From the IMG/VR virus record IMGVR_UViG_3300012971_000043, positions 1 through 36,057 of that record: 36,057 bases of DNA, one strand, 5' to 3'. How positions within the stretch are numbered: the stretch's first letter is position 1; the number at the start of each line of letters is the position of its first letter. This document shows, piece after piece, positions 25,852-33,115 of this stretch. The translations under genes were made by a program, and so were the position numbers. The notes beneath the pieces were generated by a model. The model saw nothing but the letters and a program-made list of their open reading frames with translations. It had not been told where the DNA came from and searched no databases. This DNA is from a virus. Lineage: Duplodnaviria; Caudoviricetes.

Positions 25852-26283
25852 TCAGTGACCGCGCACGCCGACGACGTTGTTGCCTTCGAACATCAGGCCG
25901 TTCGGATAGATGTCGATCTCGCGGCGACCAATGATCATGCGCGATGTCGGCACGCCTTGCACAGCACCGATCTGTTGTCGCTCGATGATGTAGTTGTGCA
26001 GCTCGCGTCGCTCGCAGCGATCGCGATGACGATCGTCAGCTTGCGCTGTTGCGAGAAGCGCGAACGTCAGCATCAGCACGACTGCGAGCTGTCGCAGCGC
26101 GATCTTGATTCGCTCAAGATGCGTCAGCGCGAAACTCGCGCGCTTGTATAGATGCGACACATCAGGCTGCATCGCGCGCAAGAGCATCTGCTCGATGTTG
26201 TCGAAGCTGCGCTTGACGGTGAATCCCTTAGGGAGTGTCGTCGATCTCAGCTGACGACGTGGCTGGTTCTTTGTTGTGCTCAT
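25852..26283 (-). CDS. Hypothetical protein with an internal hydrophobic segment
   Basis: 143 aa; LAVVLMLTFALLATAQA. Confidence 0.6.
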   Translation of the reverse strand: MSTTKNQPRRQLRSTTLPKGFTVKRSFDNIEQMLLRAMQPDVSHLYKRASFALTHLERIKIALRQLAVVLMLTFALLATAQADDRHRDRCERRELHNYIIERQQIGAVQGVPTSRMIIGRREIDIYPNGLMFEGNNVVGVRGH

Positions 26284-26293
26284 GTGATGATGT

Positions 26294-26557
26294 TCACTTG
26301 ACTCGTGCAGCGTTCAATCGCTCGACGATGCCGTTGAGATCAGTCAGCGATCTGCTCGCGCGACGATACAATGACGACTGCTCTTTCATCGCTTTGAGAG
26401 CGTGCTGCATCACTCGCTGCAGGCAGAGTTCAATATATTTGACCTCTTGCTCTACAGGATACGGCGACGGCCTGCTCACGCGCTTCAGCACGATGATGTT
26501 GTTCGACTCAGACTTCGTGAGCTGCTGAGTCTTCAGCTGTGAGGTTGCTTTTCTCAT
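26294..26557 (-). CDS. Hypothetical protein
   Basis: 87 aa. Confidence 0.6.
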   Translation of the reverse strand: MRKATSQLKTQQLTKSESNNIIVLKRVSRPSPYPVEQEVKYIELCLQRVMQHALKAMKEQSSLYRRASRSLTDLNGIVERLNAARVK

Positions 26558-26626
26558 AGTGTTCAGAGTCGCAGCGTCTCAACGCGCAGAAAGGGACGCA
26601 TCGTGACGCTGCTTGCTCTGATCAGA

Positions 26627-26806
26627 TCATGATTTCAGTTCGCTCTTCAGTTCAACAATCAGCTGACGCAGACGCTTGCGCTCGAAAGCGCGTTGCGCTG
26701 CACAGTCGCGAATGCTTTTCTCAAACGTGACTGAGTCATCGAGCTGCTGCTCATAGCGACGCAGAGATCGCTTGATCTGAGCTTTTGTTCGATTCGATTT
26801 GTTCAT
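26627..26806 (-). CDS. Small basic protein
   Basis: ATG 26806 lies 7 nt after TAGAAT. Confidence 0.55.
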   Translation of the reverse strand: MNKSNRTKAQIKRSLRRYEQQLDDSVTFEKSIRDCAAQRAFERKRLRQLIVELKSELKS

Positions 26807-26876
26807 GCAATACATTCTACGCAAAAAAGCGATCGAAGTTTCTATTTTTCTCTCTGTGTGATCAGTTAGACTCGCA

Positions 26877-27149
26877 TCATGTTGACTGCGAACGAGTTCT
26901 GCTGCGAACTTTTTTCTCAGTCGTCTCGTCGTGAATCTTCAGACATCGATCGATGAACTTCTCAGCGCGCAGTCGATAGTCGCGATTCTTGTGATCTTGA
27001 ACGCTCTGCTGACAGCAAGGACAGACTGCGAACTCGCTTGAGCCGAACACGATCTTGAGCTGCGCAGTCTCGTGCTGACGCTCATGCGTGATGAACTGCT
27101 TGCAGACTTTGCATTCGAGCGCTTGCGTGAGCTGCAGTTGAAAGTTCAT
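26877..27149 (-). CDS. Zn-ribbon protein
   Basis: CKVC...CPCC; start ATG 27149. Confidence 0.6.
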   Translation of the reverse strand: MNFQLQLTQALECKVCKQFITHERQHETAQLKIVFGSSEFAVCPCCQQSVQDHKNRDYRLRAEKFIDRCLKIHDETTEKKVRSRTRSQST

Positions 27150-27343
27150 CGCAGCAATGTCAACGCTTTCGCTCGTTCGCGCGCGTGCGCTTTGACCTTG
27201 TCGCTCGCTGCGCACTTCAACAAACACGCGCGCACATACGAGGGCGCGAAATATTCAAGCGTCTCACTGTCAGCGCACGGATGCTCGCCGTCGCCGAAGT
27301 GATTGATCGCAAAGCAGCGCAGCTGATCGTCAGTCATGCTCAT
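27146..27343 (-). CDS. Hypothetical protein
   Basis: 65 aa, 4-bp overlaps at both ends. Confidence 0.6.
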   Translation of the reverse strand: MSMTDDQLRCFAINHFGDGEHPCADSETLEYFAPSYVRACLLKCAASDKVKAHARERAKALTLLR

Positions 27344-27618
27344 CGCTGTGCCTCGATTGCGTCAGCTGCGCGCTTGACTGCTTTGTCATGCTCAAGGGTG
27401 CGCTCGGTCGACTTGATCGCTTCGTCCATCAGTCTGCGATGCGTCAGCTCAGCTTCGACATCTCGATCGAACTGCGATTTCTCGCGATCGATCTGATGCG
27501 CAGTGCTCGGCGCTGCAGGCATTGCATCGACATAGTCAGCGGCTCGCTTGAGCATGACGACGCCAAAGAGGCTGATCGCGACAAGCAGGATGATGAATTT
27601 TTTTGCGTCATATTTCAT
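27340..27618 (-). CDS. Membrane-anchored helical protein
   Basis: MKYDAKKFIILLVAISLFGVVML; AGGAGG RBS. Confidence 0.7.
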   Translation of the reverse strand: MKYDAKKFIILLVAISLFGVVMLKRAADYVDAMPAAPSTAHQIDREKSQFDRDVEAELTHRRLMDEAIKSTERTLEHDKAVKRAADAIEAQR

Positions 27619-28034
27619 ACGCGACCTCCTGCTTGTGTGATCGCACGCTCGCATTGCTGCGAGAGCGCGACGCAGTTGATGCACTCAGCGTCTGCTTGCT
27701 GCTTGATGTGTCGCAGCGCATCGAGCGCGATCACGAGATTGTCGCGCAGAGGCGCGTCAGGTTGTGTCTCAGTGAGATCAAACTCGCTGATGAACACGCG
27801 ACGATCGCTGCCCGCTTCGCTGTCGAGGTAGCGCTTCAAATTGTCGCTCACAGCTTGCGCGATCGCGCGTTCGCCGCACTCGTAGTCATCCCAGCGCTTT
27901 GTGATCTTCACTTGCGCGACGCCTTTGAAGCGCTTGTTGAACTCCCAGTCGCTCATGCCGGTGCCGCCTTGCTTGTTCGTGAACGCGAACGATTTCACGC
28001 TCACTGTCTCTCCTTTGTTCAATTCACTTTTCAT
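27615..28034 (-). CDS. Hypothetical protein
   Basis: 139 aa. Confidence 0.7.
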   Translation of the reverse strand: MKSELNKGETVSVKSFAFTNKQGGTGMSDWEFNKRFKGVAQVKITKRWDDYECGERAIAQAVSDNLKRYLDSEAGSDRRVFISEFDLTETQPDAPLRDNLVIALDALRHIKQQADAECINCVALSQQCERAITQAGGRV

Positions 28035-28060
28035 GTTTTTGTTCTTTCTAGGTTGTTGGT

Positions 28061-28336
28061 TCAGTTGTTGAAGTAAATTTTCAGCGCATCGAAAAACTCT
28101 TCGCTGTTGCCGTCAGCAAGACTCTTCGCAGTGCTGACTGCGCGCTCAGCTTGCTCGTCGCTGATGTCATGCTTGAGAATGTCGCGTGCGACTGTGTGCG
28201 CGAGCTTGAGATCACGCTCATGCTCGTTTTGCAAGATTTGCTCAGCAGTTGGCGCTGACGCAGCGCGCTTGAGCGCGCTCAGCAGATCGCGCGAATTTTT
28301 CGCGTTCGCGATGTTTGAATAGATGTCGTGTTTCAT
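28061..28336 (-). CDS. Hypothetical helical protein
   Basis: Start reassigned to MKHDIYSNIANAKN. Confidence 0.65.
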   Translation of the reverse strand: MKHDIYSNIANAKNSRDLLSALKRAASAPTAEQILQNEHERDLKLAHTVARDILKHDISDEQAERAVSTAKSLADGNSEEFFDALKIYFNN

Positions 28337-28338
28337 GT

Positions 28339-28557
28339 TCAAGCCCCTTTCGGGAAGTGCGCTTTGCAGCGCGGGTGAAAGCCGTCGAGCAGGCTGCACT
28401 TCGCAGGCTTGTAACAGACGTGAAACTCGAAGTGACCGCCGTGCGCTCTGCGAACAAGCCAATCGCAACGATATTTCGAGACTGGTTTCCAAGCATTGTG
28501 ACCGCGAATCAAGTCAATGACTGACTCGATCTTTGGTGCTTTCGATTCAATGTTCAT
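28339..28557 (-). CDS. Hypothetical protein
   Basis: MNIESKAPKIES..., 6 nt after the promoter. Confidence 0.65.
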   Translation of the reverse strand: MNIESKAPKIESVIDLIRGHNAWKPVSKYRCDWLVRRAHGGHFEFHVCYKPAKCSLLDGFHPRCKAHFPKGA

Positions 28558-28563
28558 GAGTGT

Positions 28564-28591
28564 AAAGTAGCACAAAGTAGAAAAGTGTCAA
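28564..28591 (-). promoter_or_regulatory. Leaderless-type promoter
   Basis: TTGACA-CTTTTCTACTTTGTGC-TACTTT-ACACTC-ATG. Confidence 0.8.
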
Positions 28592-28860
28592 GCAACAAAT
28601 TCTTCTGCGTTGTCTTGAACCCAGCGCACTGCAGCTCTGCGATTCTTCAGATGCGTTTCGAGCGGCCACACTTGCTCGCCTTCGAACTTGTAGACGATGA
28701 AGTTGCCGTCGCCGTAGAGATCGATGATCATGCCGACCATCACGCCTTTGTAGTTGATCGCCCACTTCGCCGGCACGAGACGATCGCCGCAGCGAAACGC
28801 TTCAGTGTATTGAGTGAACGTGAAGTCAGTGAGTTTGATGTCTGATTCAGTATTTTTCAT
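28588..28860 (-). CDS. Hypothetical protein, first gene of the leftward array
   Basis: MKNTESDIKLTDF..., 6 nt after the promoter. Confidence 0.7.
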   Translation of the reverse strand: MKNTESDIKLTDFTFTQYTEAFRCGDRLVPAKWAINYKGVMVGMIIDLYGDGNFIVYKFEGEQVWPLETHLKNRRAAVRWVQDNAEEFVA

Positions 28861-28866
28861 GACTAC

Positions 28867-28894
28867 ACAATCGCACAAAAACACTTGTGCGCAA
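28867..28894 (-). promoter_or_regulatory. Leaderless-type promoter
   Basis: TTGCGC-ACAAGTGTTTTTGTGC-GATTGT-GTAGTC-ATG. Confidence 0.75.
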
Positions 28895-28957
28895 CAAAAA
28901 TCTTCATTTTTTTTCAAAGCGCAGAGTGCTGATTTTCAAGCACTTACGAATGAACAC

Positions 28958-28985
28958 TTGCCATCGCTGTGTGAAAGTGTATGCT
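28958..28985 (+). promoter_or_regulatory. Rightward sigma70-like promoter for the pre-terminase genes
   Basis: TTGCCA-N16-TATGCT at the strand switch. Confidence 0.6.
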
Positions 28986-29015
28986 TCGCGCAATGAGCGA
29001 GTGAGGTGATGAATC

Positions 29016-29198
29016 ATGGGGAAAGTCAGCGCAAAAGTGAAGCGATTTCGCAACCGCGCTCGACCGGGTGCGATCATGAGCAGAGCAACGTTCAACAAGA
29101 TCGCGCGCACATCACGCGGCGGCAAAAAAGCAGCAGGCGCCGCCTACTGGCGCGCAGCGAAGCGTCGAGCAGCAGGTCATCCGAAAGGCAAGCGATGA
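29016..29198 (+). CDS. Small highly basic protein
   Basis: GAGG RBS; 60 aa, Arg/Lys/Ala-rich, no Asp or Glu. Confidence 0.7.
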   Translation: MGKVSAKVKRFRNRARPGAIMSRATFNKIARTSRGGKKAAGAAYWRAAKRRAAGHPKGKR

Positions 29199-29322
29199 AA
29201 CACGACGAGATCGTTGAGCGACCAGTCGGCGCGATGAAAGTCGTCGCGCTCATCTTCATCGGTGACATCTTCGTCATCGCGTGCATCATTGCAGCCGTGC
29301 TGCACAGCTGTCACCGCATCGC

Positions 29323-29691
29323 ATGAAAGCATGGCGCGTCGACATGAACGATCAAGTCGCAATCGATCTCAAAGCGCAAGAGAAGTTCGCTGAAGATTTG
29401 CTCTCACTGATCGAGACCACTTTCTTGCGCGCTTACAATTCGCGCGTCGCAGGCATGACAATCGATGAGATGCTGATCTATCACGACATCGAAGCTGCAG
29501 CGAGCAATGTCGACAAGAGCGTCATCGACACTTGTCGTCGCACAATACAGACAGCAGTGAAAGCTGTTGATTGCCAAGTAGCATACGATGACGCACACGC
29601 TTACCTCGTCGACCAATTACAATCGAGACTCAGCAAACTTCTCAAATCAAACGAACGCAAACAACGTCGCCGCAACAATGCCCTGGACTAA
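29323..29691 (+). CDS. Hypothetical protein
   Basis: MKAWRVDMNDQVAIDL...; start uncertain. Confidence 0.65.
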   Translation: MKAWRVDMNDQVAIDLKAQEKFAEDLLSLIETTFLRAYNSRVAGMTIDEMLIYHDIEAAASNVDKSVIDTCRRTIQTAVKAVDCQVAYDDAHAYLVDQLQSRLSKLLKSNERKQRRRNNALD

Positions 29692-29830
29692 GACCAACAA
29701 ACGTAACAGCAGAGGGCAGCGCCTCTATAGATCGCCATCAGGTAAGCTCTGGACAAAGCGCAGCATCGCTGCGTATAAAGCGACGAAAGGTTTCAAGCGA
29801 CCTGTTCGCTCAACACGACGACGCCGATGA
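29678..29830 (+). CDS. Small highly basic protein
   Basis: MPWTKTNKRNSRGQRLYRSPSGKLWTKRSIAAYKATKGFKRPVRSTRRRR. Confidence 0.65.
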   Translation: MPWTKTNKRNSRGQRLYRSPSGKLWTKRSIAAYKATKGFKRPVRSTRRRR

Positions 29831-29869
29831 TCAAAGCCCTGCAAAGAAATTTGGGCACTAAGTTTTATC

Positions 29870-29881
29870 GGGCGCCGTCCT
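29870..29881 (+). other. Candidate cohesive-end (cos) site
   Basis: GGGCGCCGTCCT matches lambda cos GGGCGGCGACCT at 10/12 and lies just upstream of terS. Confidence 0.5.
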
Positions 29882-29919
29882 GCCTGCGCGTGCAGAGACG
29901 CCCCAAATCCATTTAGGAA

Positions 29920-30534
29920 ATGAAGCCGAAAAAGCGAATCGTTGGCGCGTCTGTGCCTGCTCATGCAGCGTCAGAATCGAACGGCGCGAGTCGTGTGCGG
30001 CCATTGGAACTTGCCCGAATCCTAGTGCTTTCACAGAATGAAGTTGCTGAATTGACGCAGTCGGGCGTTTTGAAGCGCATGATTGTGAAGCAAGGCAAGC
30101 AGTCGCTGATCTACTACGACAAGGATGAGAACATTGAGCGCTACATCAGGCACATGCGCGAGCCTGAGCGACGCGCGCGCGAAGAATGGCTTCAAGAGAA
30201 GCGCGACACAGCTCGAATTGTGCGCGAACACAAAGAACTCGATCTCGCGATCGCGCGCGGCGACGCTGTGATGCGCGAACCGATCACGACAGCAGTCGTC
30301 AACGCAGTCTCGGTGATGAAGAACAACTTGCTCGCACTGCCAATTCGGCTGCCGCGACTGCTGCAAGGACAGAGCGATCCGGCGAAAATTCGCGTGATCT
30401 TGAAGACGCACGTCATGCTTTGCTTGCGCGCAGTCGAAAATTTGAGTGTTGATTCGATCGAAAAAGCGAGCAAAAACGGGCACGATGTCGAAAGGAAACG
30501 GCAAACTCGTATTGCTGCCAGGTTTCGATCGTGA
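29920..30534 (+). CDS. terS: Terminase small subunit (Nu1-like)
   Basis: wHTH-like ELARILVLSQNEVAELTQSG, then coiled coil KELDLAIARGD; directly upstream of terL. Confidence 0.8.
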   Translation: MKPKKRIVGASVPAHAASESNGASRVRPLELARILVLSQNEVAELTQSGVLKRMIVKQGKQSLIYYDKDENIERYIRHMREPERRAREEWLQEKRDTARIVREHKELDLAIARGDAVMREPITTAVVNAVSVMKNNLLALPIRLPRLLQGQSDPAKIRVILKTHVMLCLRAVENLSVDSIEKASKNGHDVERKRQTRIAARFRS

Positions 30535-32449
30535 GCTTTTCGCAGCTGCACTTGCTGCTGCGCACCCTCCGAGCGAGCGATCGCTGACTGAATGGGCTGA
30601 CGAGTTCAGAGTTCTGTCATCTGAGAGCAGCGCTGAGCACGGCGCGTGGCTGACCGCAACTGCGCCCTACGAGAAAGACATTCAAGACGCGATCAGCGAC
30701 CCTGAAGTGCCGCGTGTTGTCGTGCAGAAAGCAAGTCAGATGGGCATCACTGACTGCGCGATCGTGAACTCGATTGGCTACTTCGCGACTGAAGACCCGT
30801 GCCCGATTCTCGTCGTGCAACCGACGATCGAGATTGCAGAAGCGTTCTCGACTGATCGACTCGCGCCGATGATTCGCGACTCGCCGCATGTGCGCGAGCG
30901 ATTTGCTGATGCGCGATCGCGCGATGCGAGCAACACGCTGCGCAGAAAATCGTTCAAGGGCGGCTATGTCGCGATTGGCGGTGCGAACAGCGCAGCGAGC
31001 TTGAGCGGTCGACCTGTGCGCGTCGTGCTGCTCGACGACGTTGATCGGTATCCACCCTCGGCGGGCACTGAAGGCAACCCGCTGCAGCTTGCGATTGCGC
31101 GCACGTCAGCGTTCTACAATCGCAAGATCGTGATTGTCAGCTCGCCGGGACTTGTTGGCGTGTCGCATGTCGAGCGCGAAATGCAGCAGTCGACGTGTGA
31201 ATTTTGGTACCTGCCGTGCGCGCATTGCGGCACCTATCAGATTCTCGAATGGGACCGCGTGCGCTTCGATGATCTGACGCATCGCTGCGTGCAGTGCCAA
31301 GAATATTCTGAGAAATATCTGTGGCTCGCCGGAGATGGCGAGTGGCGCGCGCACCGCCCGATCGATGAGCGCGGCAACAAAGTGCGCACGCGCGGTTTCT
31401 TTCTCGGCGGGCTTTACAGTCCATGGGTTGAATGGGACGTGCTTCGCGACGAGTTCGTGCGCGCAGTTCGCGCGAATGAAGAGGGTGACGTCGAGCTGTT
31501 GAAGGCGTTTCGCAATACGCGACTCGGTCTGCTGCATCAGGACGAAGGCAATCAAGTGAAGATTGATCTGTATCAGCGCAGAGAAGTCTTCGACTGCGAA
31601 GTGCCAGACGGCGTCGTCGTGCTCACTGCAGGCGTTGACGTGCAAGATCAATCGATCTTCGCAGAGGTGACGGGCTGGGGAAAAGGTCGCGAATCGTGGG
31701 GCATCGACTACATCACAATTCCGGGCGACCCGCGCACAGCTGAACCGTGGCAGGCGCTCGACGCTGCAGTCTACAATCGCGTCTTCGTGACAAAGGACGG
31801 CAAGAAAATGCGCGTGCGCCGCATCTGCATCGACTCATCGTTCGCGAGCGATCACGTCTACGCATACACGAAACCTCGGCAACCGCGCTGCATTGCGATC
31901 AAGGGCATAGGCGGGCTTGGCAAGGCCCCGATCACAGCGATCACGTTTTCGAAGAGCAATCGCTGCTTGATCGCGTCACTCGGCGTTGACACGCTGAAAG
32001 AGGAGATCATGAACCGACTGAACGTGACAAAGTTCGGCGCTGGTTTCTGTCACTTCCCGCGCACTGATCAGTTCGACGTCGCGATGCAGGCGCACGAACC
32101 CGAGCGCGGCTACGATGTGAACTACTTCGAGGGCTTGCGCGCAGAGCAGCGCATCGTCAAGCACAAGTTCGGCTTCAAGACCTACATCTGGAGCAAGCGC
32201 GCATCGCAGCGCAACGAGTCATGGGATTGTCGCGTTTATTCGCTCGCGGCGCTGCAGCTGCCGCACACCGGGATTCGTCTCGATACGATGAAGCGTGACA
32301 CGATCACGATCACTGACGACGAAAAGAAAGTGACGACGACGCATTTCGGCGCGCAACAGATGCAGACACCGTTCACTGAGACGCGCAGAGTTCAAGGCGA
32401 GCAGGCGCGATCGAAGTTCGGCGCGCAGAATCGTCCGCTCGACTACTGA
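30485..32449 (+). CDS. terL: Terminase large subunit, lambda GpA family
   Basis: LTEWAD, KASQMGIT, VVQPT, LLDDVDRY, EGNP, CAHC/CVQC, NTRLG, LTAGVDVQ, RNESWDCRVY. Confidence 0.95.
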   Translation: MSKGNGKLVLLPGFDRELFAAALAAAHPPSERSLTEWADEFRVLSSESSAEHGAWLTATAPYEKDIQDAISDPEVPRVVVQKASQMGITDCAIVNSIGYFATEDPCPILVVQPTIEIAEAFSTDRLAPMIRDSPHVRERFADARSRDASNTLRRKSFKGGYVAIGGANSAASLSGRPVRVVLLDDVDRYPPSAGTEGNPLQLAIARTSAFYNRKIVIVSSPGLVGVSHVEREMQQSTCEFWYLPCAHCGTYQILEWDRVRFDDLTHRCVQCQEYSEKYLWLAGDGEWRAHRPIDERGNKVRTRGFFLGGLYSPWVEWDVLRDEFVRAVRANEEGDVELLKAFRNTRLGLLHQDEGNQVKIDLYQRREVFDCEVPDGVVVLTAGVDVQDQSIFAEVTGWGKGRESWGIDYITIPGDPRTAEPWQALDAAVYNRVFVTKDGKKMRVRRICIDSSFASDHVYAYTKPRQPRCIAIKGIGGLGKAPITAITFSKSNRCLIASLGVDTLKEEIMNRLNVTKFGAGFCHFPRTDQFDVAMQAHEPERGYDVNYFEGLRAEQRIVKHKFGFKTYIWSKRASQRNESWDCRVYSLAALQLPHTGIRLDTMKRDTITITDDEKKVTTTHFGAQQMQTPFTETRRVQGEQARSKFGAQNRPLDY

Positions 32450-32673
32450 GCGCCGAATGGCGAGCTGCTGACGTTTCTGCCTGCGGTCTGATTCGCCCAA
32501 GTGCAGAGAATGCGCGCTGCGATGCGTGTGCGGTAGCCGTGCCCTGCGCGTTCTTGCTGAATGAGCAGCTGCATCACGGTGCGCGGCACTGAGCACTCGA
32601 TTCGACACGTATCAGCTCGCGGGCGACCGCGACCACGTTTGATTTGCGTCTCTGCTTTAATCAGCGCCGCCAT
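32443..32673 (-). CDS. AT-hook plus RHH-like small DNA-binding protein
   Basis: KRGRGRPR followed by RIECSVPRTVMQLL...RTRIAARIL; fills the terL-gpW gap in reverse orientation. Confidence 0.6.
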   Translation of the reverse strand: MAALIKAETQIKRGRGRPRADTCRIECSVPRTVMQLLIQQERAGHGYRTRIAARILCTWANQTAGRNVSSSPFGAQ

Positions 32674-32787
32674 GAAGCATCGCTTGAACTGTTAGTGCAA
32701 GCACTGCTGGAGGCGCAAGCATTTTCGCGAGTATTTTATTCCGCCACGTTGACAGATCGCGTTCTCGCGCTCAAAGCTGGGCGCTGA

Positions 32788-33114
32788 ATGGAAGTTGCCG
32801 TCGTCGCCCGTCCTCTGCCAAAAAATGTTGTGCTGTTTGATCTTGACGGCACACCACCGAACGGTTTCGCAACGTGGTGCGACTGGGCAAGATCAGGTCT
32901 TGCGAATGCGCTTGATGGCATGAACAAGGCGGGCGGCGGCGTCACCGAGTATCACATTGGCTCGCGCGGTCTGCATCGCAGCGGCCCCGCTGATCAGATC
33001 AAGAACGTCGACTACTGGAACCAGATGGTGCTCTTGTGCTGCGGCGTTGAAGTGCTGCCGTCGTCGCTGACTGGTCGCGATCAAGCGTGTCGAATCATCC
33101 CGAGGGACGTCTGA
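32788..33114 (+). CDS. gpW-like / DUF6148-like head completion protein
   Basis: EYHIGSRGLHR...VDYW...RIIPRDV; located between terL and portal; TTGACA upstream at 32749. Confidence 0.7.
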   Translation: MEVAVVARPLPKNVVLFDLDGTPPNGFATWCDWARSGLANALDGMNKAGGGVTEYHIGSRGLHRSGPADQIKNVDYWNQMVLLCCGVEVLPSSLTGRDQACRIIPRDV

Positions 33115-33115
33115 T

